IMG/VR virus record: IMGVR_UViG_3300046674_000532
DNA: 64,000 bases
Reading direction: 5' to 3' (one strand)
From: a virus
Below the pieces are notes generated by a model that saw nothing but the letters and a program-made list of their open reading frames with translations, was not told where the DNA came from and did not search any database. Positions 9,498 to 18,000 of this stretch are shown here, one piece after another. Each line of letters begins with the position of its first letter. Position 1 is the stretch's first letter. Position numbers and translations under genes: made by a program.

Positions 9498-9539
9498 CCG
9501 CTGGCCCCGCTCCGGATGTAACCGGAACGGGGCCAGCGG
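9498..9539 (-). terminator. strong hairpin downstream of parB
   Basis: CCGCTGGCCCCG(c)TCCGG-atgtaa-CCGGA(a)CGGGGCCAGCGG, 18 nt after the parB stop. Confidence 0.65.
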
Positions 9540-9556
9540 TCTGTCTTCCCGGCGGG

Positions 9557-10660
9557 CTATACCGAGGGAACCTCCAGTCCAGCGCTGTCCGCGTACTCGT
9601 TCATCACACGCAGCGCCTTCACAAACGCACCCGTCGGCATCTTCCGGATGAGGTGCTGTGCAACGAAGTTCCCGTCGTCGTAGGGCAGGGTCCGCGGCGC
9701 AGGGTCCCCGCCGTCCTCGGCCTGCTGGACGGTCCGCGGTTCAGGGATCGGCTGCTCCGCCAGCACCACCGCGGGCGCATGGAGGTCCGGTGCGGTCTCC
9801 GGGACCGGAGCAGGGCCCGGCATCGGATCGGCACCTGCTGGCTTGGACTTGGAGACGTCCGGAATTATCACGCCGTGATATTCGGCGGGCCCGGCCGAGC
9901 GTTCCGGCGCCGGGTATGGCGCGGGTTGCGGCGAAGCCGACCGGGCGGCCGCCTGGCTTTGAGCGGCTTCGGCGCGCGCGTCGGCCTTCTCAACCTGCTC
10001 CTGCGGGGTCAGCTTCCCGAGGTTGCGGACGTGCTCCACCCTGCGTGCACCGGTGACGAGGTCCTTCTGCAGCTCGGGGGTGAGCTTCAGCAGGGACAGC
10101 TTGGTGGAGAGCGTGGCCTGCGGGATCCCGAGCCGTTTCGCGGCCTTGAGCTGGGACCCGTAGTGGTCCACCAACTGCTTGAGCGCGTGGGCCTCCTCGA
10201 GGTCCGTCATGTCGTCGCGGTGGTAATTCGCGATGAACGCGGCCTCGAGGAGGGTCTCGTCGGTGGCCAGCCGCGAGTTGTCGACCCTGACCGGGATGGT
10301 GGCCAGTCCGACGCGGCGGGAGGCCTCGAGGCGTCGGTGGCCGTCGATGACGACGTACTGGGCTCCGTCGTCGATGTCGTCGGCGCGGGCGGCCCGGTCA
10401 CGGAGATAGGCCTCTGTCGTTCCGACGACGATGGGCAGGATGATGCCGACCTGGCGGACGGACTCCACGGTCTCGTCGAGGTTGCGGAGGTGGTTGCGCG
10501 GGTTGTCGGGGTTGTCGCTGATCAGCGTGACGGGCAGTTCGGTGATGGCCGCGGTCGCTGCCGCGTCCCCTCCTATGGCGCTGTTGATGGCGTCGCGCCG
10601 TGGGCTGCGCCGGGCCGCGGCGAAGGCGGGCGCCGGGCCGAGGGTGTCGGCCTTGCTCAT
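9557..10660 (-). CDS. parB: ParB partition protein
   Basis: ParB-N box YVVIDGHRRLEASRRVG, HTH AAKRLGIPQATLSTKLSLLKL, 4-nt overlap with parA; carries one parS copy internally. Confidence 0.9.
   Translation of the reverse strand: MSKADTLGPAPAFAAARRSPRRDAINSAIGGDAAATAAITELPVTLISDNPDNPRNHLRNLDETVESVRQVGIILPIVVGTTEAYLRDRAARADDIDDGAQYVVIDGHRRLEASRRVGLATIPVRVDNSRLATDETLLEAAFIANYHRDDMTDLEEAHALKQLVDHYGSQLKAAKRLGIPQATLSTKLSLLKLTPELQKDLVTGARRVEHVRNLGKLTPQEQVEKADARAEAAQSQAAARSASPQPAPYPAPERSAGPAEYHGVIIPDVSKSKPAGADPMPGPAPVPETAPDLHAPAVVLAEQPIPEPRTVQQAEDGGDPAPRTLPYDDGNFVAQHLIRKMPTGAFVKALRVMNEYADSAGLEVPSV
9864..9882. repeat. parS-like palindrome copy 1 (inside parB)
   Basis: ATTATCAC-GCC-GTGATATT, an AT-rich 8-3-8 inverted repeat in a ~70% GC background. 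Confidence 0.7.
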
Positions 10661-11820
10661 CGGGTGGCCCCCTTCGCGACCTGCCGCATGGCCTCCGCCT
10701 GGTCGGACAGGGGTGCGTACGACAGCAGCGGCATCCGCTTGCGGACCGCTTCCCGCTGTTCCTTCAGATCACCGATGACGGCCAGGACTCTCGGGTCACC
10801 GATGGCCTTCCAGCTATCCAGGGAGGAGGTGGCGACGTAACCGCGGCGCGAGTCGTACAAATTGACGACCAGGCCGAGGTAGTCGACGTCCAGGCTGAGG
10901 TCTTCGCACAGGGCTTCGATCTGCTGGTCGAGCATGCTGTACGCGGTGGCGGAGGAGTCCTCGGCGAGGACGGGAATGATGACGCCGGACTTGCCCTTGG
11001 CCTCGTTGCGGCGGCGGCGCGCGTAGTAGAGGGCGGCGTCCATGGCGATGCCGAGGCTGGGCGGGCAGTCCACGACGATGACGTCGTAGTCGGCCTCGAG
11101 GGGACGAAGTGCCATCTCCAGGGCGACTTCCTTCTGGAAGCCTCGCTTGTTCGCGGACAGGACGGCGATCCTCGAGTCGAGGAGGAATCCGTCGAAGCAG
11201 GCGGGCAGTACGTGCAGTCGCTTCTCGAACCGCGGATCGTCTATGACCACGACCAGGTCGCGGAGGTCTCCCTTGTCCTCGCCGCACATGTGGGAGACGA
11301 GGCTGTCGTGGTCGGGTGCGATCTGCAGGACACCGAGTTGCTCGCTGAGGTGGCCTTGCGGGTCGTAGTCGACGAGCAGGACGCGCTTGCCCTGCTCGGC
11401 GTACGCCTGGGCGACGCCGGCGGAGATGGCGGTCTTGCCGACGCCGCCCTTCTGGTTGCAGACGACCTTGCGTTCGGCTTCTTCGTCCTGGGCGCCGTGC
11501 TGCGGGGAAGGGTTGGCGTCCAGCCACATCCGGACCGACTGCGCGAGGCCCTGGGTGTAGGAGACGGAGCGTTCGGTGCAGGCGTCCTTGAACGCGTCGT
11601 ACTGGCCGGACGGGAGCCATGTGGAGAACGAGCGGGCGCCGGCCGTGTCGATGTCCGGGCTGATGCCGGGTTCGGCGCGCCATTGGGCGATGCCCGCGGT
11701 GACGGCGTCCTGGATGTCCAGGCCGAGCTCGGCGGCGCGGACCTTGAGTGCTTGTTGGAGCGCCGAGGGCAGCTTCGACGCTACCTTTTCCCGGTCTCCT
11801 TGGAGATATGGAGAGGCCAT
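10657..11820 (-). CDS. parA: ParA partition ATPase with ~125-aa N-terminal extension (type Ia-like)
   Basis: Deviant Walker A CNQKGGVGKTAIS, LLVDYDPQG, VIVVDCPPS. The N-terminal extra domain is typical of autoregulating ParA/SopA. Confidence 0.9.
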   Translation of the reverse strand: MASPYLQGDREKVASKLPSALQQALKVRAAELGLDIQDAVTAGIAQWRAEPGISPDIDTAGARSFSTWLPSGQYDAFKDACTERSVSYTQGLAQSVRMWLDANPSPQHGAQDEEAERKVVCNQKGGVGKTAISAGVAQAYAEQGKRVLLVDYDPQGHLSEQLGVLQIAPDHDSLVSHMCGEDKGDLRDLVVVIDDPRFEKRLHVLPACFDGFLLDSRIAVLSANKRGFQKEVALEMALRPLEADYDVIVVDCPPSLGIAMDAALYYARRRRNEAKGKSGVIIPVLAEDSSATAYSMLDQQIEALCEDLSLDVDYLGLVVNLYDSRRGYVATSSLDSWKAIGDPRVLAVIGDLKEQREAVRKRMPLLSYAPLSDQAEAMRQVAKGATR

Positions 11821-11906
11821 GGCGTCACCTTACTGACTCTCCTGTCGCTCCTGTCACCCGGTTCGCCGTTCCTGACACGGTTTCATCCTTCCGGTGAGGT
11901 ACCGGG

Positions 11907-11925
11907 ATTATCACGGCGTGATAAT
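11907..11925. repeat. parS-like palindrome copy 2 (upstream of parA)
   Basis: ATTATCAC-GGC-GTGATAAT, perfect 8-bp arms. Confidence 0.7.
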
Positions 11926-11964
11926 TCGCCGGGGTCCAAGACGATCCGGCGCCGGGAAGCCGTG

Positions 11965-11983
11965 ATTATCACGCCGTGATATT
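11965..11983. repeat. parS-like palindrome copy 3
   Basis: ATTATCAC-GCC-GTGATATT; overlaps the last codons of small gene 11969..12100. Confidence 0.7.
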
Positions 11984-12100
11984 TGCCGGGTCCTCGAGGA
12001 CGTCGTCCTCGTCGCCCTGGTCGTACGGTCCGTCGACGTACACCGGCTCCCGGAACAGGTCCTCGTACGCCGGCTTCCGCGGTGTGGCGGTCTGTGTCAT
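11969..12100 (-). CDS. 43-aa acidic protein
   Basis: MTQTATPRKPAYEDLFREPVYVDGPYDQGDEDDVLEDPANITA; its ATG overlaps the upstream stop (ATGA). Confidence 0.45.
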   Translation of the reverse strand: MTQTATPRKPAYEDLFREPVYVDGPYDQGDEDDVLEDPANITA

Positions 12101-12288
12101 CCCAGGCTCCCGGCGGCCGCCCCGAGGTGGGCGTGCATGTGGTGGTCGAGCATCTTGCGTTCCACGGCGGCCAGGTAGCGGTCGCGGGCCTCCTGCGGCG
12201 GCAGGTCGGCGTGCTCGAGATGGAAGTCGAGGGTGACGCCCCAGCAGGCCTGGCCCATGGTGTGGAAGTCGCCGTGGAGGAGGCACAT
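12097..12288 (-). CDS. hypothetical small protein
   Basis: MCLLHGDFHTMGQACWGV... (63 aa). An alternative TTG start near 12339 has a GGAG RBS. Confidence 0.45.
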   Translation of the reverse strand: MCLLHGDFHTMGQACWGVTLDFHLEHADLPPQEARDRYLAAVERKMLDHHMHAHLGAAAGSLG

Positions 12289-12353
12289 GGTGGGGGCCGC
12301 CTGGCCGGTGGTCTGTGCGGGTGCTGCGGGTGTGGTCAAGGGTGGTTCTCCGT

Positions 12354-13400
12354 TCAGGCGGACGTGGGTGCGCTGTAGCCGTAGCGGGCCCGGTCGCGTA
12401 CGCACCGTGCGGCGATTTCCTCGGCTGCAACCTGCGGCCAGTTCGGGGTGTCGGTGGTGAGGTGCTGGACGGGCTGACTGCCGCCGAACCAGGAGTCGCC
12501 GGCCCGGTAGGGGATGCCGGGCTTGCAGTCCCAGTCCAGGGTCCAGTGCTCGCGGCGCCGGCCGCGTTGGCGTCCGATGGACCAGCACTCGAGGCGGACG
12601 GTCACCTCGTAGGCCTCGCCGTCCGGCATCCGAACGGTGGCAGGCGCCTTCGCCGTGACGGACACCTGCCGGTTGGTGACCTTGCCGAGCAGGTAGTGGC
12701 GGGGGTCGATGGGGATGCTGCCGCGCCACCACCACGGGTCGTCCTTGGAGGAGCTGTCGCGGGGCGCCCACAGCTTCCAGTTGAGGCGGCCGCGATGGAG
12801 GTCGACGCCGGTGACCCTGGACTCGGTGGACAGGTCCCGGTTGCCGTTGAAGCGGCGTTGGATGAACCGGCCGTGGTCTTCGGTGTGGACGTAGATGGCG
12901 CCGAGCGGGCCAAGGGAGATGCTGGCGGCTAGGCACTGCTCGCTGCTACCGGAACCGACCTTGAGTTGAGCGCTGACGAAGTTGGACCGTCCGATGATGA
13001 CCTGGGCGCCGACCGCGCTTTCCGGGTTCATCGACCAGTCACCGGGCAAGCGGATTCCCGCGTCGTGGCCGAGGCGGATGAGTTGCTTGCGCACGGTCGG
13101 GGACATCGGCTGTGTGGGATTAAACGGGCCGGTGTAGCGCTGTCCCAGATGCCACTGGTCAGGGTCCAGCCAGCCCTGGGGCTCGGGACGAATGCCACAC
13201 TGTCCGCAGTTGATCCAGCGGGCCCGGCGTTCCTCTTCGGGACCGTACTTCGAGTCGTATCCGTCGACTACCGGCCGGTGACCGATCAGGCGGCACAGCA
13301 GGATGACGCGGGGCAGGCCGGAGAGGAAGAAGCCGCGGTTCATCAGGACCCAGCGGTCGGCGGAACGGTCCTTGCTGTAGTCGACGGTGAACCAGTGCAT
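12354..13400 (-). CDS. hypothetical protein, 348 aa, no recognisable family
   Basis: Clean ORF with GGGAGAC RBS; contains a CGQCG motif and Trp-rich segments. No motif I can assign. Confidence 0.75.
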   Translation of the reverse strand: MHWFTVDYSKDRSADRWVLMNRGFFLSGLPRVILLCRLIGHRPVVDGYDSKYGPEEERRARWINCGQCGIRPEPQGWLDPDQWHLGQRYTGPFNPTQPMSPTVRKQLIRLGHDAGIRLPGDWSMNPESAVGAQVIIGRSNFVSAQLKVGSGSSEQCLAASISLGPLGAIYVHTEDHGRFIQRRFNGNRDLSTESRVTGVDLHRGRLNWKLWAPRDSSSKDDPWWWRGSIPIDPRHYLLGKVTNRQVSVTAKAPATVRMPDGEAYEVTVRLECWSIGRQRGRRREHWTLDWDCKPGIPYRAGDSWFGGSQPVQHLTTDTPNWPQVAAEEIAARCVRDRARYGYSAPTSA

Positions 13401-13422
13401 AACGTCTCCCGGGGGGCGGTTT

Positions 13423-13440
13423 GGTTTACCGCGGTAAACC
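13423..13440. promoter_or_regulatory. perfect 18-bp palindrome GGTTTACCGCGGTAAACC
   Basis: Lies in the 72-nt gap between the DUF2493 gene and gene 12354..13400, about 22 nt upstream of the ATG at 13400. Confidence 0.45.
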
Positions 13441-13472
13441 GTCTCGCAGATCCGGCGAACCCTTCCCTCCGC

Positions 13473-13919
13473 TCAGGCGGTGATCCGGTGGATCGGGATG
13501 CCGGCCTTCTTCGCCCGGCGCATGCAGTCCGCAGTGCCGGACGACTTGCCCACCTGCGCGGCGACGAGCAGCAGGGGGAGTTCGTCGATGATGGCCTGGT
13601 TGCGGCGGTGGCCGGCGACCGGACAGTACGTTCGACCGCCTGCCTTGGCGCGGCGGTGTCCGGGCTGGCATTCCGGTCCGCAGGGTCCTTCCCAGTCCGC
13701 GGGGCGCCGGCGGCGTGGGACGTGGTGGCGGATGGCCCAGGCGTCGCCCATGGCGTCGGCCCCGTCCTGGCAGTCGCCGTGGATGAGTTCGATGCCGCTG
13801 TATCCGACCTCGAGAGCCTCGTGCCAGACGAGGAGCAGGGTGGTCTCGAGCAGGCCCGGGTCGGGCCATGTGCGGCTGCCGGTGAGGCCGATCAGAGCGA
13901 GTTGTGGGGGCGCGTTCAT
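13473..13919 (-). CDS. DUF2493 / SLOG-superfamily protein
   Basis: LIGLTGSRTW...LIHGDCQDGADAMGDAWA...GHRRNQAII...SGTADCMRRAKKAGIP matches the DUF2493 (Smf/DprA-LOG-like) pattern; ATG at 13919 overlaps the rep-like stop. Confidence 0.7.
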   Translation of the reverse strand: MNAPPQLALIGLTGSRTWPDPGLLETTLLLVWHEALEVGYSGIELIHGDCQDGADAMGDAWAIRHHVPRRRRPADWEGPCGPECQPGHRRAKAGGRTYCPVAGHRRNQAIIDELPLLLVAAQVGKSSGTADCMRRAKKAGIPIHRITA

Positions 13920-15070
13920 GCGGTGGCTCCGGCCAGGCGGTGGGCGTTGTCGTAGAGCATCCGTCCGTACAGGGCGACCGCGGCGGCCTCGCCGGCCATG
14001 ACCGCGTAGTCGACGACCAGGCGGGGGTGCCGACGGCCTAGGTCCCTCAGCTCCTGGATCTCCCCGTCCGACAGGGGCACTTCCTCGACGTCGGGCAGGA
14101 CCTCGCCGTCCGGTTCCTGGCCGCGGACCACAGCGGCGGCAGCAGCGAAGGCAGCGTTCGGTGCAGTCGCGGCAGCCTCCTCGGCCTCCTGGACGGCACG
14201 GCGCGCCTGCTGGGCGGTTTCCTCGGCGAGGACGGACTGGATGAACTCGGCGGGCTTCGCGGGCTTCCACCGGCCGACCATTCCGATCAGCTCTGCGGCG
14301 ATCCGCTGGGCGTCCCAGCCGCGGTCCGTCCACGGGCGCAGGACGAACTCGAGGCGGCGCAGCGGCACCCGCTGGGTCCAGTTGACGAGGGCGCGCACCA
14401 GCCGAATGGTGCGCATCGCCCGTTCGACGTCGCCCGCGGTGCGGCGGTGCCCGTTCTTGCTGCTGGCCTGGTGGGGGATGAATCGTTCGCGCCCCGCCTG
14501 CGGGGTGTAGTTACAACCACTCTCTACCTTCAGCTTTCCCTCTTCCTCTACCCAGGTAAGGGAAGGGGGCGCACAGGCCTCGGAACTGGGGTTGTCCACA
14601 GGCGGGTTATCCACAGGGCGGTCCTGGCCCCGCTGGTCGATGACGATCCGCGCCGTGTACCCGGAGCCGACGACCGTGTGCCCCATCGCGTGGTCGTACA
14701 TGGGGGGGATGACGGCGGCGTACACGGTGGCGGTGGCGGCGTACCCGCCCATGCCGAGTGCCCGGCGGATGTTGGCCCGGGTTCCGTGCTGTACCCAGGC
14801 GAGCGCGCCCAGCTCCCGCAGGACGGCGATGTGCCGCTTGACGGTGGCCTTGTCGACGCCGAGGCGGTGCGCGGTCTCGAGCATGCAGTACCGGCCGTGC
14901 CCGGTGTCGTAGTCCATCCGCAGGGCGAGGTCCTCGGCGACCTTCTGCGTGGTGGCGTTCGCGCGGCCGTGGAGGCCGGCTGCGATCAGCCACGCGACCG
15001 CGCGAAGCCACCGTCGCGGGCCCGTTCGGCGCGAGGCAGTGCACGCCACCTCTTGGGCGGCGCCGCGCAC
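13916..15070 (-). CDS. winged-helix protein, candidate plasmid-type replication initiator
   Basis: wHTH VDKATVKRHIAVLRELGALAWVQHGTR. Positioned beside parAB, with two DnaA boxes inside the gene. Start uncertain (GTG 15070 or 15049); upstream part of ORF 13916..15421 looks non-coding. Confidence 0.55.
   Translation of the reverse strand: MRGAAQEVACTASRRTGPRRWLRAVAWLIAAGLHGRANATTQKVAEDLALRMDYDTGHGRYCMLETAHRLGVDKATVKRHIAVLRELGALAWVQHGTRANIRRALGMGGYAATATVYAAVIPPMYDHAMGHTVVGSGYTARIVIDQRGQDRPVDNPPVDNPSSEACAPPSLTWVEEEGKLKVESGCNYTPQAGRERFIPHQASSKNGHRRTAGDVERAMRTIRLVRALVNWTQRVPLRRLEFVLRPWTDRGWDAQRIAAELIGMVGRWKPAKPAEFIQSVLAEETAQQARRAVQEAEEAAATAPNAAFAAAAAVVRGQEPDGEVLPDVEEVPLSDGEIQELRDLGRRHPRLVVDYAVMAGEAAAVALYGRMLYDNAHRLAGATA
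14592..14615 (+). repeat. two tandem DnaA boxes (TTGTCCACA and TTATCCACA)
   Basis: Exact matches to the Streptomyces (14592..14600) and E. coli (14607..14615) DnaA-box consensus. Same orientation, 15 bp apart; they encode the duplicated peptide PVDNP-PVDNP of the rep-like protein. Confidence 0.6.
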
Positions 15071-15490
15071 GGGGTGGGCCCGACCTGCACTGTATTCGAT
15101 CAGGTGTTCGGTTTCGAGGGTGGTGGTGTGCGTGTCTCGTGTGGGCTGGGGGCACTGGGTGCCGCCCAACCGGGGGGAGATAAGCCGCGAATCGCCCGAC
15201 GAGGGGACCCTGAGCTGACAAGAGGGTGCCGAGTGCTGCACTATGTACCTGCCGTCCTGCGGACATGCAAAAGCCCGCTCGGTGGTGAAGGTGGTTCTGG
15301 GATGAACCTGAAGGTCGCTCGAATCTCGGGCCGGTCGCCAAACCGGATCTGAAGTTCGGGCCTTAGCTCCGAGGGCCAACTCGGAGCAGTTGCACGAAGG
15401 CCGCGCACGGTGCGCCAACACCAGCGGCCAGCGGTAGAGGAAGCGCCCCCGCCAAGGGGCACCGGACCTCCCGCTCAGGAAGTTCCTAGG

Positions 15491-15934
15491 TCACTCGTTC
15501 TCCTTCACTGGTCGGATCTTGTTCGTCCGTCGGGCCTCCAACTTGGAAACGCCGTAACGGACTTCATCGGCACGATCGCAGGCGGCCAGGATGGACATCG
15601 CCAGTTCGCGAGCCGTGGTGGTGGGGACAGCCATGAAGTCTTCCGCGACCATGGCGTCCGGTGTGGAGATGAAGACACAGTCGGCGTCGTCGGGGAGGTC
15701 CGTCGCTCGGACCAACCAGCCGTCCCGCTCCCGCCGGTAGAAGTGGTCGTAGACCTTCCTGGGCATCGGGGCGGACACTGACCACTCACGTCCCGGCATG
15801 GGGTGAGGGCGCTGGTGGACAACGCTGGGTCGGGGCTTCTCCGCGGTGTGGGCCAGGGCAAGGATCTCTGAAAGCTGCTGGCGCAGGTCTCCGAGAGTCA
15901 CCTCAGCGGCCGACTGCTCGGCCGGGCTGCTCAT
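15491..15934 (-). CDS. hypothetical protein
   Basis: ATG at 15934 (MSSPAEQSAAEVTLGDLRQQ...), 147 aa. Confidence 0.6.
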   Translation of the reverse strand: MSSPAEQSAAEVTLGDLRQQLSEILALAHTAEKPRPSVVHQRPHPMPGREWSVSAPMPRKVYDHFYRRERDGWLVRATDLPDDADCVFISTPDAMVAEDFMAVPTTTARELAMSILAACDRADEVRYGVSKLEARRTNKIRPVKENE

Positions 15935-16262
15935 GCTGCTGAGGGGGTAGTGGTGACAGGGCCCGATCGCGCCAGCGGTGTGATGTTCACGCCGGGATCG
16001 CGGGTCCACCTGTCTACGGGGTCACGGCCCCGGGTACTCTGCTCCATGTCGGCACCTTCGTCGCTGTTGAGTGTCGGCCCGGCCCCGCACCGGTTGTTGA
16101 CGCAACCGGGATACTGCGGGGCCGTTCCAATGTCTTGGGCGCCCTGTCCGTCCAGACCACGTTCTGACTGGACGTCTGGGGCTAGGCGCAGCCTATCGGT
16201 TGGGCGTGTCATCTGTCCCCTGCCTCCCCATACGTGTCGTCTGTACGACCAATCACACCGGC

Positions 16263-16742
16263 TCAGTGCTCCCGAGCGTCCTCGTCGTCCGCCGGGTGCC
16301 ACTCCGGGGCACGCTCCGCGACCTGCCGGGACCGGCCCGCCATCCCACCCATCGCCCGGAACCCCGCCTGCGCCAACTCGCCCTGCAACCGGGCCAGCCG
16401 GTCCCGGTTGAAGCGGGGCGCCGCCATCAACTGCCCGGCCCGCACCCCCACCACCAGCGCCCGGTCCCAGATCTCCTGCACGTCCGCCGGATCCATCCCC
16501 GGGAACAAGTCCCGCGGCAGTTTCCGCGGCGTTCCCGCCGTGTCCAACTGGGCGGCCGCGATCAGCCCGGCCAGATGCTGGCCCGTCGATGCGGCCCGCC
16601 CCGCCAGGACGAGGTCGCACATCGCGTCCTGGCCGACGTCGGCCGACCACCCGGCCTTGACGACCCCGCCAGCGGCCGGACCGCCCACGGCCCCCGTCCC
16701 GATGGAGGCGGGCAGGGAGGTGGAGTCAGGGGTGTTGCTCAT
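16263..16742 (-). CDS. hypothetical protein
   Basis: ATG at 16742 overlaps the upstream stop (ATGA); MSNTPDSTSLPASIGTG..., 159 aa. Confidence 0.6.
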   Translation of the reverse strand: MSNTPDSTSLPASIGTGAVGGPAAGGVVKAGWSADVGQDAMCDLVLAGRAASTGQHLAGLIAAAQLDTAGTPRKLPRDLFPGMDPADVQEIWDRALVVGVRAGQLMAAPRFNRDRLARLQGELAQAGFRAMGGMAGRSRQVAERAPEWHPADDEDAREH

Positions 16743-17665
16743 GCTGCAGCCTCCAGCGGCGTAGCGGGGAACAGGGAACACACATCGGCGACCTGGGCCA
16801 GGTCGGCTTCCATCTCGGCGAGCAGCAGATCCAACTGCCCGGGTACCTCCACGAACCGCTCCCGCAACGACAGCCGGCGCACCCGCTCCGTACGCCGCCC
16901 CGGCACACGCTGCTCGCCCTCGTCGACGTCGGCGACCGGCAGCCGGGCCAGGAGCCGCTCGAACTCCACCGCCCACAACAGCAACTGCCCGTTCGCCTCC
17001 ACGGTGTGCGTCTTCACCCCCGACGGACACGCCAGCACCGACCCGTCATCCGCCACCACCAGGCCAGCGTCGACCAGGCCACGCTCCACCGCCGCGGCGA
17101 GCAGCTCCATCCGCGACGCCTCACGCGACAGGCCCATCAGCGTGACAATCGCCGACCGCTGCCAACCCGCCGTCCGCACATCCATCCGCGCCGCCGCAGC
17201 CACCCGATACGGATCCGCGTGCCCGGCCAGCGCAGCCAGAACGGCCAGCTTCTGCTCCGTCCGCAACTTCGCGTCCGCGGCCGCACCCATCACCTCGTGA
17301 CGGTGCCGGATGAACGCCGTGTGCCGCTCCGTCTGCGTCTCCGCGCCCCACACCCCGTGCGGCTCCGCCAACCGCGCCACATCCCCGTCCATCACCACGG
17401 TGTTGGCGTACGCGGCGCACTGCACCATCACCGGACAGTCCAGACACACTTCGACCGCCGCGGCCTCCCGCGCCCGGCGTACCGGCTGCCTCTCCCCACC
17501 ATCCACATCCGGAGCGAAATGCGCCCCCAGCGGCAGGTCCAGGTTCCCCGCCATCCGCGACGGCAGCACCGGATCCGGCGCACACCCCCGATACCGGAAC
17601 CGCGGATGCGTCTCCCACGCCGCACGCGCCACCGCCACACTCACCTGCTCACCGGTGCCCGTCAT
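16739..17665 (-). CDS. WhiB-like domain protein with long C-terminal region (possible HTH)
   Basis: Cys pattern C(APD)...VCLDCPVMVQC followed by GVWGAET. Later segment WQRSAIVTLMGLSREASRMELLAAAVERGLV is HTH-like. Confidence 0.7.
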   Translation of the reverse strand: MTGTGEQVSVAVARAAWETHPRFRYRGCAPDPVLPSRMAGNLDLPLGAHFAPDVDGGERQPVRRAREAAAVEVCLDCPVMVQCAAYANTVVMDGDVARLAEPHGVWGAETQTERHTAFIRHRHEVMGAAADAKLRTEQKLAVLAALAGHADPYRVAAAARMDVRTAGWQRSAIVTLMGLSREASRMELLAAAVERGLVDAGLVVADDGSVLACPSGVKTHTVEANGQLLLWAVEFERLLARLPVADVDEGEQRVPGRRTERVRRLSLRERFVEVPGQLDLLLAEMEADLAQVADVCSLFPATPLEAAA

Positions 17666-17964
17666 GCCGGACCCCCTTCCGAACTCGGATCACCCGAACC
17701 ACTCGAACGCGCCTGCGCGGCCAACGCCGCATCCACCACCCGATCCGCCTCCGCCAGCACCGCCCGCTGAGCCAGCACGGCATTCATCCGGGCGCGGAAC
17801 TCCTCGAGGTCCCGGTCCCGGCAGCCCTCCGTCAGCCGGGCCGCGGCCTTCTCCCGGTCCAGCAGCCGGTACAGGCGCCGCAGCCGGCGCACTGTGCAGA
17901 TGGCGACGGCCGCCGCGGCGAGTGCCGCGACGGCCAGAACAATCAGTAGAAACACGGCACTCAC
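17662..17964 (-). CDS. small N-terminally membrane-anchored protein
   Basis: TM segment VFLLIVLAVAALAAAAVAI followed by a charged helical tail. Confidence 0.6.
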   Translation of the reverse strand: MSAVFLLIVLAVAALAAAAVAICTVRRLRRLYRLLDREKAAARLTEGCRDRDLEEFRARMNAVLAQRAVLAEADRVVDAALAAQARSSGSGDPSSEGGPA

Positions 17965-18000
17965 CTTTCTCCAGGGAAGGGGACGGCCACCGGACCCCGG

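Noticed and set aside
9419-11979. Plus-strand ORFs of 473 and 459 aa over parB/parA
   Set aside because: Antisense shadows; ParA and ParB motifs on the minus strand are unambiguous.
15320-15360. tRNA-like T-loop string (CTCGAATC ... GCCA)
   Set aside because: Flanking bases cannot form a T-stem or acceptor stem; no cloverleaf can be drawn.
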